Shown piece by piece: positions 37,490 to 51,040 of a stretch of 64,000 nucleotides of DNA (positions within the stretch are counted from its first letter, which is position 1; each line of letters opens with the position of its first letter). The DNA lies in the NCBI RefSeq assembly GCF_001194135.2, contig NC_069003.1:19934049-19998048 (forward strand). Direction: 5' to 3'. The notes beneath the pieces were generated by a model that had not been told where the DNA came from, did not search any database, and saw only the letters and a program-made list of their open reading frames with translations. Origin of the DNA: Octopus bimaculoides (taxonomy: Eukaryota). The translations under genes and the position numbers were made by a program.

Positions 37490-38500
37490 CATATGTATTG
37501 AAAGAAAAGTCGGGCATAAGAGGAATCAGATGAGGCATGCAAGACGTTGGTTTGGACATGTGACACATGTGAATGAAGACGGCTGTTTATAGAAATGGCA
37601 CCTGTAGAAGAGGGAGACCCAAGAAGATATGAGATGAAATGGTGAGGACCAATCTCAGGATGTTGGGCCTCACGGAGAAGATGACAATGGACCAAGGTGT
37701 TTGGCAATATGAGGTTCTTGAAAACCCCTACCCACTTCAGCGAAACTGAGTTCCAGAAGCACTCTGGGTTCCACCCACATGTAACAACAATAAAACTTTT
37801 TCCACACCCCACTCCAACAAACCAAACTACATCTCTCCTCTTCCTTACAATTCCTTTTTTAATGCACTATGCTTATCTCTTGCTCCCCAATCCTACCCTG
37901 CTTACTGTATCATTGCTATTGTGTTGTTCCCCACCCCCTCTATATGCCAAAGTTTTACCAGTCACTGCATACACCACCCCCACACTCCTTGCATTCATGT
38001 GAAGTCCCTACTCCCTACTCATGCACCTTGGCAATACCCTATCATCTATATTCTGACCCCATATCTTGAGGGCATGCCCTGACACTTTGCCACCATCTCT
38101 CTCCTGCTCTCTTGCACTTATCCACTCTCACTCTTTCTCTTGCTCTATGGCTTGGACTGGTTAACCATGTGTCTCCTCTACTGCAACACACCCATTACTG
38201 GCCTCAGTCTTGATCACTCCTCCTCTCTCTCTCTCTGACCAGGTAACCATGTACCTCCTCTACAGTAAGACACCTGTTTCTGTCTCTCTGTCACACTCTA
38301 ATCTTTCATCATCTAGCACAAGATCACTTCCAATGCCATGTACAAAGCATCCAGTCCACACTGAAAAGTGGTTGGCATTTAGAAAGACATCCAACTTTAA
38401 AAAAACCATGTCAAAACTGACATTGCCTATGCTGGTGCCACATAAAAAGCACTCAGTCCACTCTGTGGAGTGGTTGGTGTTAGGAAGGATATCCAGTGAT
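37490..38500 (+). mobile_element. Old RTE 3' end with a long pyrimidine-rich UTR
   Basis: Encodes RRWFGHVTHVNEDG, contains ttgggcctcacggag, and ends near gtggttggtgttaggaagg. Confidence 0.6.
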
Positions 38501-38784
38501 TTCAGGAGAGCATGCTATCTATCAGGGTCCCCCATGCATGTTCTTAATTCGTCAACATTTGACATTCCATTGTCCTATGCCGTTTGTTCTTCCTTCAACT
38601 AACTGTCATAGGACCAGTTGACACACAGGTTCTTCTGGCTGCCTGACTCAATGACCAGCAATTCTCATTCTTCTCTGCTGATTTCTTCTCAGTCACAGTC
38701 ATTTAGATACAAATTACACAGTAAAAGCAGTTTTATAATGTAAACATTACTAATATCACATTCTTAATGCCTAGTTCTGAAGTA

Positions 38785-39002
38785 TATTCTTTTATTCTTT
38801 TACTCGTTTCAGTCATTTGACTGCAGCCATGCTGGAGCACCACCTTTAGTCAAACAAATCAACCCCAGGACTTATTCTTCATAAGCGTAGGCTTCTTTTG
38901 CTGAACCACTAAGTTATGGGGATGCAAACACACCAGCATTGGTTGTCAAGCAATGGTGGTGGAGCAGGAGCAGACGCACGCACAAACATACACACACACA
39001 TA

Positions 39003-39055
<53 letters not shown>

Positions 39056-39235
39056 GTACACACACACACAATGGGCTTCTTTCAGTTTTCGTCTACCAAA
39101 TCCACTCACAAGGCTTTGATCAACCTGAGGCTATAGTAGAAGACACTTGCATAAGGTGTCATGTAGTGCGACTGAACCCAGAACCATGTGGTTGGTAAGC
39201 AAGCTACTTACCACACAGCCACTCCTGCACCTATG
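38785..39235 (-). mobile_element. Full-length SINE-A
   Basis: All modules present with little divergence; the head ends acacagccactcctgcacc. Confidence 0.9.
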
Positions 39236-40824
39236 CACACTGTATTTTTTAACAACATCTTTAAAGGGTTTTTTCCCAGATGAAAAACCGCAGCTCCTGA
39301 CATTCAACAAAATCTAATGAGCCAGTGTCATCCTTGATGTGATTTCTACAGCTGGTGCCATTCCTAATGCCAACCACTTCAGAGTATATTGGATGTTTCT
39401 TTCATGGCACAGGCACTAGTGAGATCACCAAGTAACTTGCAAGAAAGCACCCTCAACTATGTGAAGATGAAGTAGAGAGGGAGGTAGAATTATGCCCAGT
39501 GTTGGGAAGCTAAAGTATGATAGAAGCTAAAGTATGACAGAAACTTGCCAACACAATATGTGTTGGACAATGGACAATGTGACTAATGTTTTTACATGTT
39601 GTTGTTGACTTTCATCAGTTGTCCTATCACTTTCACCTGCCCAGGTAGATTGAATACAACTAAACTGATTACATATAAGTATTTTCACATATATTTACAA
39701 GATATCAATTCATGAACAGTTATTTTTTTGTTCCAGAGCTTGAAGCTGCTTGACTCACATTAGAAAAAGCATTCCAGGATATGCTATCATCTCCTCCTTC
39801 GAGGTAACAAAGGTAAGGTTGCCCTATAGTCGTGCATATTTTGTGGTCTCATCATTCATCCTGACAAAAATATTTTCAGGAAAAAGTTGAAGAAAATATT
39901 TGTTGGGCTTTGCTTCTAAGTTCAAAGGCTTCAAAAGGCCCACGTCACTCACAAAAATATTGATGCAGTGATCAACTATATGATCACTCTACTCCTGCTC
40001 AGAATCAATACAATATCAATTAGATCACCAATGTGTACAGACAACACTAGAACATCATTTTAAATAGTTTCTCCAAGTCCAATCCCCTGTTTCTTTAATT
40101 AAATCATTAATAACTAATAATAAATAAATCATTAATAAACAATATCACTGAATTCTAACTCCCTGCTTGAAGTATTAACTACCATGGTGCATGGAAATTG
40201 AACGATGAAAATATCCAAAGAAATTCATTTGATGAAACACATTTTAGTGATTAGACAACTAAATTCTTAATCATTATGTCATGGATTCGTTTCCAAGTCT
40301 CAGAGGCATGTTGTGCCCTTTAAGTAAGGCACCTTACTTTATATTGCTTTAGTCCACTCAGCAGGCAATAATGAGTATTCAAAGTGTTAAGAGCTCCTGG
40401 CCAACATCAAGTTAGCACAGCAAAGTTAATATGTCAGGTGTATGACTAAAAAACTTTCAAGCATGGAGAGAGAAACATCTAGCTGTGGACAACTATGTCC
40501 TGACTTTAAATTATTTTACTAAAACAGGGAAACCACAATACACATTGGGAAAAAGTTACTGATTTAAAATATAATTCATTTAAAACAATAAATATACTTT
40601 CAAAAATAAAAAATTCTTAGTAAAAAGATAAGAGTAAATATTTTGCTTTTGGTTCAATATTTATTTATTTATTTATTGTTTTTGCACATACATATGAAAT
40701 TTGTAGTGTTCTGAATAGATAGAATGAAGTAATATGTAAGTTAATCAATATTCCCAGTATGGGAATAATAAGTTAATCAACATTCCCAGACCAACATGAT
40801 TATCAGCATCTTTTGAGCCCTTTT

Positions 40825-41222
40825 GGTATAGCTGTGTGGTAAGAAGTTTGCTTCCCAACCACATGGTTCCAGGTTCAGTCTCACTGCATGGCATCTTGGG
40901 CAAGTGTCTTCTACTACAGCCTTGGGCTGACCAAAGCCTTGTAAAAGGATTTAGTAGACAGAAACTGAAAGAAGCCTGTTGTGTGTGTGTGTGTGTGTGT
41001 GCGTGTGTGTGTATGTCCCTCACCACCACTTGACAACTGGTGTTGTGTTATGTGCCTGTAACTTAGTGGTTCAGCAAAAGACCCCATTATAATAAGTATC
41101 AGGCTTTAAAAAAGTCACTGGGATCGATTCATTTGACTAATAAGTTCTTCAAGGCAGTGCACCAGCATGGCCACAGTCTAATGACTGAAAACTAAACAAG
41201 TAAAAACAAGTAAAAGCTAAAA
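40825..41222 (+). mobile_element. Full-length SINE-A
   Basis: gctgtgtggtaagaagtttgcttcccaacc ... aatgactgaaa...aagtaaaa. Confidence 0.88.
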
Positions 41223-41366
41223 GATATTTCTTAAATGAAATATGCTGGCTCCATTTCAATTTGTTTTGAAAATAATGAAGAATTTAGTAAAATAACTTTA
41301 ACCTGGTGTTTGGGACATAAATTAGCATGAAATTTTAATGGAAGGTTTTAATTTAGATCAGTTTAA

Positions 41367-41552
41367 CCCTTTCATTACCATATTCCTGTTGAAATAGACT
41401 GGTTTTATTTCAACTGATTTTGAAAATAATGAAGAATTTAGCAATACAATTTTGTGATTATTAATCTGAGATATAAATTAACATGAAATTTTTAACAAGG
41501 AACTTGCACAATGGAACCAGATGATGTTTTGAGCAGGTTTTTATCAAAAGGG
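41367..41552. mobile_element. TTAA-flanked MITE of a different family, with a partial copy at ~41230-41360
   Basis: ttaa|ccctttcattacc ... tatcaaaaggg|ttaa; ttttgaaaataatgaagaatttag occurs twice. Confidence 0.7.
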
Positions 41553-42549
41553 TTAAAGCAATTTAACCAAAATATAGTGAATTCATATAATTGTATTCAT
41601 TTTGGATTGGATTGTCTATGTTCAGTCCACTGCAGGATGAAGGCCTCAGCAACATGTTCTCTGCACCAATTTGAGATGATACTGATTTCATGAGCCTACT
41701 CTGCCAAACTGGCTCAACATGGCTTGGCAGAGGGGTGCAGTTTTTTGTACTCTCACACAGGAGTAGTTAAGTTGATTACATTGACCCCAGTGCTCAATCT
41801 ACCCCAAAAGGATGGAAGGCAAAGTAGGCCTCAGCAGAAGCTGAACTCAGAGCATATTCATTATAGACACTAAAAAACCAAAGCAAGGCTAGGTACAGCT
41901 ACTAGTTTATTTATATAAGCAGAGACAGATGCATGTGCTAACACATACACACACATATGCATATACATACATACATACATATATATACACACACACATAT
42001 ACAACAGGCTTCTTTCGGTTTCCACCTACCAAATTCACCTGGATGGCTTTGGTCAACCCAAGGCTTATAATAGAAGACACTTACCCAAGGTACCACACAC
42101 TGGAACTGAACTCAAAACCACATAACTGAGAAGCAAACTTCCCAATCACACAACATTGCCTATACCTATTCGTATTTTTGCATCTATTTTGGATATAAAT
42201 AAACCCAAGCAAGACCAGGTACAGCTGCTAGATTATTTATAAATAAATTCTTTACATATCTATATACAGATATAGATGTATATGCTCACATCTCATGCAC
42301 ATATACTCAAATTATCATAATTATGATACTCACCATCTATCAGCGACATTTTGATCAGTTTTCAAAAAGCTGTTTCAACAGATTTATCTGAAAATAGACA
42401 GTTTATTTTTAAGTTAAAATATTCACAATGGGTGCTTCATAAGATAGAACTATAAAATAAAATAATGACAATTAAAAACACATGTAATTTTAGCTGGATC
42501 AAAATAGGTCAGAGATATTGATTCCTTTCAGATATACACAATGCCAAAA

Positions 42550-43085
42550 TTGTTATTTTGACCCAGGTCAGTCAGCCCTGAATGAATAGCCAAAGACATT
42601 CCAGCAACGACCCTCCTATCCTCCTCCCTGGTATTGTGAACCTAAGATTACATTATTCAAAGTGCCCCTCAATTTTTGAAGACCACAGTATGTGATTTGA
42701 GGTAAACTTGGCCACTACTACTTCTAGCAGCTCAAATGACCGCATACAGGTTCCGGTGTTGGCTCAGGAGTGGACCATAGGATAGGTGATGTAGTTGACT
42801 GACTCAACCTCAACATATTACTGGTACTTATTAGTTCACCACTTGCTCTCTTTTATTGAGGAGGAATGTAAAGTGAAAAGTCAAACTCCAGCCTAAGCTT
42901 CTGAGAACAAAATCTACATTCATCTTAAAGCAACAAGCAAGTATTTACAAGGTTAGTCAACTGGCTAGAAATAGCAGCCACATTTCCTTCAAATCAACTC
43001 TACTATCTTGAAAAACATAATCACAGCTTGAAACATTAATCACATATCTGTTAAGTCAGAGCTGACCTCAGGCCTAAACAACAAT
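42550..43085. mobile_element. Two head-to-head inverted family-D copies
   Basis: Minus copy 42550-42745 and plus copy 42955-43085 (gctagaaatagcagcc...ggcctaaacaacaa). Confidence 0.6.
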
Positions 43086-43325
43086 ATACTTTTAGAGTAG
43101 CTTAGTCAAGAACATTCATTAATTCATTTATTTTACATGTTTTCCCAGGCTATTCTGAGTCAGATGACTATATTATCAAGTCATTGTTACTAACTTCTTG
43201 TTACTAACACCTACCAATTTTTTTAAAGAAAAGATCTCTTGTTGGCAAAAGGGCAAAGCCAACAGTTTTTTTTTTCGTGGAGGAAATGACATCATCACTA
43301 ATTACATATGTGTGCGTGCATGAAC

Positions 43326-43356
<31 letters not shown>

Positions 43357-43413
43357 TACATACATATTTATGAGTATATATGTGTGTGTATGTGTGAATG
43401 TATGTATATGTGA

Positions 43414-43464
<51 letters not shown>

Positions 43465-43626
43465 TAAGTCATCTAAGAGACCATATTCCCTTTCATATCA
43501 GCTAACTCTGATGAGCATAAGGTTATATTATCAAATTGTTATCTAACACTCTATTGTATCCCTTGCATGAAACCAATTGGTACGATCAGCTGTGATGCAT
43601 ATATAATATTATATATTTTGGATAAC

Positions 43627-43927
43627 ATATATATAAATGGCAATTTTTCTGTCTGTCTGTTATCATCTTAGGGTCTAAGTCAGCAAACCAATACTCATGA
43701 AACTTTGCATACATGTTACACTAACATCCAGTTCAATAACAAGCTAATTGGATTTCAATAAAAATCTGTAATGTACCCTCCCCCCCCCCCCAGGGGCGTT
43801 GGGCGAATTATACGACAAAATGAGAAGGTTGCAAAAAGTATTAGTCTGAGGGAAAGGTAGTAACAGAGAGAGGGTGATATATCAGTGAAGGTGAGAACAA
43901 CGGTGGCAATGGGATGGTTTTTACTAG
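43627..43927 (+). mobile_element. Possible non-autonomous Helitron-like element
   Basis: Starts atatataaatgg...tctgtctgtctgt...atgaaactttgc and ends ...ttttactag (CTAG-type end). Confidence 0.4.
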
Positions 43928-44276
43928 AGCTCCCGTGATTACCTGTATATGCAAGCGTGTGTCACGTCCTATAACTGTCTGTCTTTCTACTTTTGTAGGG
44001 TCTTCCCTGTTACTGTCACATATTGTGAGATTTTTAAATTATGTCAAAATTTCCAAATTTGGTATATTGAAATAATTTTCTCTGTTAATTCCGATTTTGT
44101 TATTCATTTGTTCCAGAAAAGTTGCAGAAAAACAGTACTGAGGTTTAAAGTTTAGTCAATTTTACCTGATCCGAAAACAAGATTTGAAAGCTGGCATTTT
44201 CTGCATGATAGTTGTCTATCATGAAATGAAAGCAAAATCATTAGGAGGAGGAATTTTTATTAAACAAATGGATGCA

Positions 44277-44354
44277 ACATTATTTACATTTGATGGATAT
44301 TTGTCCTCATCTTATTTGTTGTTAACACAAATATCTGTCAAATGTAAATAATGT
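44277..44354. repeat. Hairpin with 28-bp arms (2 mismatches) and a 22-nt loop
   Basis: acattatttacatttgatggatatttgt / acaaatatctgtcaaatgtaaataatgt. Confidence 0.9.
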
Positions 44355-44976
44355 ACATAATTTGTCATCTCTTAAATATAGAACTGTATTAAACAAATGC
44401 AAAGCATTACAACAACTGAAGTTGCAAGGACTTCTGAAGTTTTAATGAATAAAGTCATGTGAAATGGCCGAACAGACATGTAAATAACTTAAAACGGAAA
44501 AAAATGCTCAATGATGTTTATTGACAAAAGATTGCACAAATCTATCCTGATTAAGAGGCCCATCTGTTGGGGAAGGCATGCTCTGACATGGAATAAATAA
44601 AAATTTATATAAGACATTCTATTGTAAGTGCCAGGAAACAAGAGGCTATTCAGCGAGTATATATATATATATNNNNNNNNNNNNNNNNNNNNNNNNNNNN
44701 NNNNNNNNNNNNNNNNNNNNNNNNNNNNNNNNNNNNNNNNNNNNNNNNNNNNNNNNNNNNNNNNNNNNNNNNNNNNNNNNNNNNNNNNNNNNNNNNNNNN
44801 NNNNNNNNNNNNNNNNNNNNNNNNNNNNNNNNNNNNNNNNNNNNNNNNNNNNNNNNNNNNNNNNNNNNNNNNNNNNNNNNNNCAGATATCTGTGGGATTC
44901 TCAGCTTTTTTAGCTGCTATTTCTGAACTTCGGTATATGGTGAAGCAAATATTTGCTGATCCCTTAATTATGTTTA

Positions 44977-45007
<31 letters not shown>

Positions 45008-48000
45008 TTTTATATATGACGTTGACCACTAACGTGGACATTCAATGTGCTAGAAATAGATCACATCTTGTGTCTAATAAGACCTAAATTGTTCTCAACA
45101 TGAAATATAGCGTGATACCAAAACGTAAGCGGGCAAGACATTTAAAATCACCGAAAGAAATCCTTATTAAACAGGGACCGGTTTCAAAATTTAACAATCT
45201 TACCGACTGTCTATTTCTCTTCAGCCTGATTTGTAATGCAACCATAATCATCAGAACATATATATATATAACACACACAAGTAAGCACATAAAGGCAAAA
45301 CAAGGTGGAAAAATAGTAGTTGAATACTGGAGGTAGAGTAATATGTTTTTTAAAGCTATGATGTTTTTGCAGCTTTAATAACAAATATATATATAATATA
45401 TATTAATAGAGATAGATATATATTATATCATCATATAGACGTGTGTGTCATACATGATGAGCTTCTTTCAGTTTTCATTACAAAATCCACTCATAAAGTA
45501 CTGGCTAACCCAAAACAAAATACAAAACACTTGCTGAAGCTGACACACAGTGGGAATGAACCAGACATCATGCCATCAGGAAGAGAACATCTTAAACCAC
45601 ACAGCCTTGCCTGTACCTCATGATAAAATGTTAGTCTTGGGTCAAACTCAAAAACAATTTAACATGTAATCAAGTCTTTTCAACTGTTTCCACCTTCTTA
45701 GTAGACCATGTCATAAATATTAATATATTTTCTTTGTAAACCAGGAACATTTAGTAGCAAATGAGTCTTAGCCATTTCACTCAGTCTTTTGATAATTCCT
45801 CTCATCTTGTCATTGGTCACAGTTTGAACACATTACAAGATAGATTTGGAATGTTACAGCAATAAAAACATGTTAATTGCAATGATTCTCTTGTAGTTTT
45901 AATTGTGAACTAAGTTATTTCAATTAATCGATTTGAAATGCTATTTCGATAAACCAAGAAACTCATTTTGAAAAGGAAAGGAAAGAAAAAAGAAAATCTT
46001 GACCATGTATAAACACCCAACACACATACATGTGTAAAAATAAAATTGTTAATCACGTCTACTTTAAAAGTAGTTAGTTGTGTATGCATGCATATGTGTA
46101 TGAGTTCATCTCATCATAGCATTCATCATCATCATCCATAAATGTCTGTTTTCCAGGCTGGCATGGGCTGGACATTATAAACAAACATCAGCATCATAAA
46201 AGCAGTATCCTTTGTTTCCAATCTTCCAAAGAAACATGTCTGACCATAGGGGAAATATAACCTTGTTTGGTAAACAGATACTTCTATGACTGAATGCCTT
46301 TCCTGTCATAAACCCTTACCTAACAAATCTTGCCAATCCCATGCAAGCATGAAAAAGTGCATGTTTAAACTGATGATAATGAAAACATGACTATGTTCTA
46401 ATTTAATCTAGTTTTCTTTGTTATTAAAGGATTTTTGATACCTGCATCCCAAACCCTTATAGTTAGTTTTGAACATCAAAGTACTCCAATTCTTTTTATC
46501 AATATTTCCATGCTATCTCAGCCTCATCTCCAGGATATAGTGGTGCTGGCTTCTGTACTTCACCTTTTATAGTGGGTAGCTTATATTTATACAGTGTTTA
46601 TGCAGACCTTCCAACCAGAATTTGACCATTAGGGCTTTTAGAATTAAACATCATTAGGTGATGTGTAACTGTTAATGGCCAAAATATGAATCTGACAATG
46701 TCTACCTCTTGCTATATATATATATATATATATATATATAGGTGAGAAAGTTGGTATGTGAAAGCACGTGGTTGGATGTATAAAAGATAATAAGAGTGAA
46801 AAAACTACAGAAGGCTTGTGTTACATGGTTAGACTGGAGCGAACACGTTACAATGAAGTAGAGAAATTTGAAAAGACAACACGAAACCGGTTATTTCTCA
46901 AAATACAATGTTTATATACCAAAAAGATTTTATAACATTTTTCTGACATAATTTAAATATATACTTTAACNNNNNNNNNNTATATATATATATATATATA
47001 TATGAAATAAACAACAAAATTTTAATACACCTATGATTAGCAATTTATAGGTTGAGGAATTCATCATTCTATGGTTTATAAACAGTGAATTAAACATAAA
47101 AATAGTGTGACCGCATAGTGTAAACAGTATTAGTACAACCACTTATCATGTTCCTCCCACCTCATATAAATATTTTCAGAGTCAAAGCAAACAGAGTAAA
47201 GTACTACTAGAACTATGTGACATTTCCTTACAAAGGACAATAAATAAAAGTCAACATCTTCATAGATTGACTCAATCTTTATAAATGTTTTTCATGACTT
47301 ATTTGTCATTTATTTTTCTTCTTTATCTGTCATAGATTTGTGGAAAAGGTCATATTATTGAATTTACAAATTTCATTGTATTTCAAATAGATTTTTTTAA
47401 TATCATATTTTGTGAACAATTATAATATTGTAGGTTACAGGCAGCCAATGATGGGTTAATGGGAGAGAAATCAAGGGTCTATTGCATTTACAATGACAAG
47501 TATGATGAGGGATGTGTAACTCAGGAAAAGCAAAAACTGCAGAATGTTTTGGTTCAAAAGAAATTGGTAATTACTCATTTTGCCTCAGTTACCAATTCTG
47601 CCCCAACAAAAAAATATTGAAAAAGAAAGATAAAGATTCAATTTAATGAAAACCATATGACCATAAATGCAATAATTCTAAAGCTGAAAAAAAATATGCT
47701 TTGGGCTGTTGAGATGCATAATTTGATAATTAAAACAAAATTCAAAATTTAAATTTTGGAACATTCCTTACTTGTTCTTTCCTAAAATAAGACCAGTTTT
47801 CAAAGCCTCACTGAAATAATGAAGTTTACAAGTAACAATTTATGTGTACTTGGGTGCTTTTATTTGCCATCAGTCATTCAAATGTCATTGTTCCGTCATG
47901 TGTTGAAATTTGAACTACAGACAAAACTTCTTTCTTTCAATCTATTCCTTTATCTCTATATACACACAAACACACAAATACATATGTACATACATTTTCA

Positions 48001-48717
48001 GGAATGGTAGTTTTGTCATAGTGACACCAGCCCCTAAAAGGAAATTGTATGGGGACTGATGTCGCTAAAGTAGAAAAAATCTATATAGCTACTTTTGGGA
48101 TTGGTATGACAGACTTTTTATTTTTCTATTATTGTCGCTAAAGCAGAAAAATTCACAGTTATTTATCATTAAAGAGATTCCTTAACATTTTTTTAAGAAG
48201 TCGAGCTGCTTGTAATATGAAAGGCAGTCTCTTCATACTAGATTTGTGGGAAGTGGAAGGGCCTCCTTGCACTGAGTGCAACATATCCTTCGTAGAAAGC
48301 GCACTCAATATCAAAGGGGCCAATGTCAGGGGGTGGGGGGCAATGTCGAGGTGGAGTTGGGGCCAATGTCGAGGGGGGTTGGGGGCAATTGACCCCTTGT
48401 CACCCCCATAAAACCAGCCCTGCTTACATAGTATGTGAATATTGCTAGAGAGCAATAAAGTGTTCATTTGCATTATTTCTCCCTAATCGTATTAGCTGGG
48501 CACAGCATCTGTGTGAGCTAACTATGTTATGTTCATAGTTTATTTCATTTGAAGGGGTGTTCACGCATATTGTCTCTGTTTCTTTTTCCAATCGTTTTGA
48601 CAAAATGCAGTTCTTCTGCTTCTCTTTCAAACATTAAATTTTGGAGAGAATTTTTTGATGAAGTGTAGCTCCATTGCTTTTCAGAACTTTGGGTCATCTC
48701 TTTGGGAAAGATTTTGA

Positions 48718-49120
48718 AAGGTGCGGACATGGCATCATGTTAAGAAGTTTGTTTCCCAAAGACATGGTTCCAGGTTCAGTCCCAGTGTGGCACCTGGGAC
48801 AAGTATATCTTCTACTATAGCCCCAGGCCAACCAAAGCCTTGTGAGTAGGATTTTATAGATAGAAACTGAAAAAGCCTGTCTCATGCACATATATATGTG
48901 TGGGAGTGTGTCTTTGTGTTTGTTCCCACCATTACTCAACAACTGGTATTGTTTTGTTTATGTCCCCCACAACATAGCAGTTCAGCAAAAGGAGAAGGAT
49001 GGAAAATGGTACAAGGCTTAAAGAGAAGTATTAGGGTTGATTGATTTGTTGAACTAAACTCTTCAAGGCATTGCTTCAGCATGGCCACAGTCTAATGACT
49101 GAAACAAGTAAAAGATAAAC
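48718..49120 (+). mobile_element. Full-length SINE-A
   Basis: Head, core and tail aatgactgaaacaagtaaaaga. Confidence 0.85.
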
Positions 49121-49477
49121 GATATATCATCATCATCTAATCTACTCTCTACTTTTCCATGCTTGCATGGGTCAGACAGAATTTGTTGAGGCAGATTCTC
49201 TATGGCCAGACCCTTCCTGTGGCCACCCCACACCTGTTTTCAAGCAAGGTAATATTTCTCCATGGACAGACATTTTCAAAGACTAGAAACAAACAACATT
49301 GCACAGTGACGATGATGTTCATTTACAGCTACGTCTTCTAACTTATTTTTTTCTTATGCTAGGTACATTATTCTACTTGTCTCTCTTGCTGAACCACTAA
49401 GTTACAGAGGTGTAAACAAAACCAACACCAGTTGTCAAGCAGTGCAAGGGGACAAATACAGTGTGTCTATATATATA

Positions 49478-49524
<47 letters not shown>

Positions 49525-49525
<1 letters not shown>

Positions 49526-50820
49526 TTGGGTCATCCTATAGATAATGCAGTCTTTTTATACTTCTTTTATTTTTCAAAATTAAGTTCTTTTTTAATCTAA
49601 AATATACTCTCCTTCATTTTCTACAATGCTCTTCCATCTATCTGGTAGACTTGCAAGGCCCCTCTTCCAAAATTCACTTGCCCGTGATGAAAAATACTCC
49701 TCCAGTACTGTTCTGACCTCATCTACAGAATTCATATGATCTTGAAGACTGCTGAATAAATGATAATCAGATAACGCAACGTCCGGTGAATATAGTGGGT
49801 GGGGTATTGTTTCCCATTCAAGCTGATCCAGCTTTTGGAATGTCATCCTCGCTGTATTTGGCTGAGCATTATCCTGATGGAAGAACACCTTTCGTCTTGA
49901 AACCAAAGATGGTCATTTTTCTTCTAGCACTGACTTAAGCCACTCAAACTGCNNNNNNNNNNGATGGTCATTTTTCTTCTAGCACTGACTTAAGCCACTC
50001 AAACTGCTCACAGTAGATCTCCTTTGTTATCATTTGGTTTGAGTTTAAAAGTTCAAAGTTGATTAAACCGATCATATCCCACCAAACAGATAACAATACC
50101 TTACATGGGTGAAGACCTTCTTTAGCCTGGGGTGCCAGTGTTTCTCCTTTCCCTACCCACTGTCTCTGTGCTTGACATTTTTATAGAGATTCCATTTCTC
50201 GTCACCAATCAATATTTGGTCCAAAAAGGGTTCATTCAAATGGGACAGCAAAGAAGAGCACACATTCACTCTCTGCACATGATTACACTTGGAAAGTTCA
50301 TGAGGAACCCATTGACCCAACTTCTTGACTTTTCTGATGACCACAGATGTCGATGAATGGTTCAATGACCAAATCCAAGCTTCTCTGCTGGTTCCTCAAC
50401 AGTTACAATGGGATTTTGTTCCACCAGGGTTTGCAGGACGTCCTTGTTGAGCTCTACACATCTTCTAGGATGGGGCTCATCTTCTAAGCTGTAGATTCCA
50501 GCTCGGAATTTCTGGAACCACTTACACTTATTGTCTGATCCCCATATAGTGCATTAATATTCCTTGCACCTTCTGTTACATTGTTGCCTTTATTGAACAC
50601 ATAAAGCAAAATATGCCGAATATGCTCCTTAGTCACTTCCATTATAGCTTTGGAAAAATAACTGTTAAAATTGAACTGCACTCTTCAAAACTTGCACAAA
50701 GAATAAGTACAAGGTAAAATTACTACCTGCTTTTATAGCAAGTTGATGCAGGTAGTTTATCCCGTCCCCCTCCGACTTCATGCAATTGAAAAAACCGCAT
50801 TATTTAAATTGGTCTCTTAT
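49525..50820 (-). mobile_element. Mariner DNA transposon (~1.3 kb) with degraded TIRs
   Basis: The ends share ataatgc(a/g)gt.tttt in inverted orientation, and the length is typical of mariner. Confidence 0.9.
49592..50642 (-). pseudogene. Frameshifted mariner DD34D transposase, Hsmar1/cecropia-like
   Basis: Encodes MEVTKEHIRHILLYVFNKGNN (HTH), KVKKLGQWVPHELS, GDEKW, HQDNAQP and HPLYSPDVALSDYHLF across several broken frames. Confidence 0.92.
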
Positions 50821-50829
50821 ACCAAACTT

Positions 50830-50856
50830 CTAACTTATGGAGACAGAAGCACACCA

Positions 50857-50897
<41 letters not shown>

Positions 50898-51040
50898 CAT
50901 ATGATGGGCTTCTTTCAGTTTCTATCTACCAAACCCATTCACAAGGTTTTGGTCAGCCTGAGGCTACAGTAGAAGACACTTGGCCAAAGTGTCATGCAGA
51001 ACCACGTGGCTTGGAAGTGAGCTTCTTACCACACAGCCAA
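50830..51040 (-). mobile_element. SINE-A 5' half
   Basis: gggcttctttcagtttctatctaccaaa...cttcttaccacacagcc. Confidence 0.8.

Noticed and set aside
39737-39812. Plus-strand exon-like segment (ttccag|...aaag|gtaagg)
   Set aside because: Stops in all three frames, antisense to the host gene, and no supporting partner exon.
49908-50007. 45-bp direct repeat inside the mariner
   Set aside because: The copies flank a 10-N gap exactly, which indicates an unmerged contig overlap.
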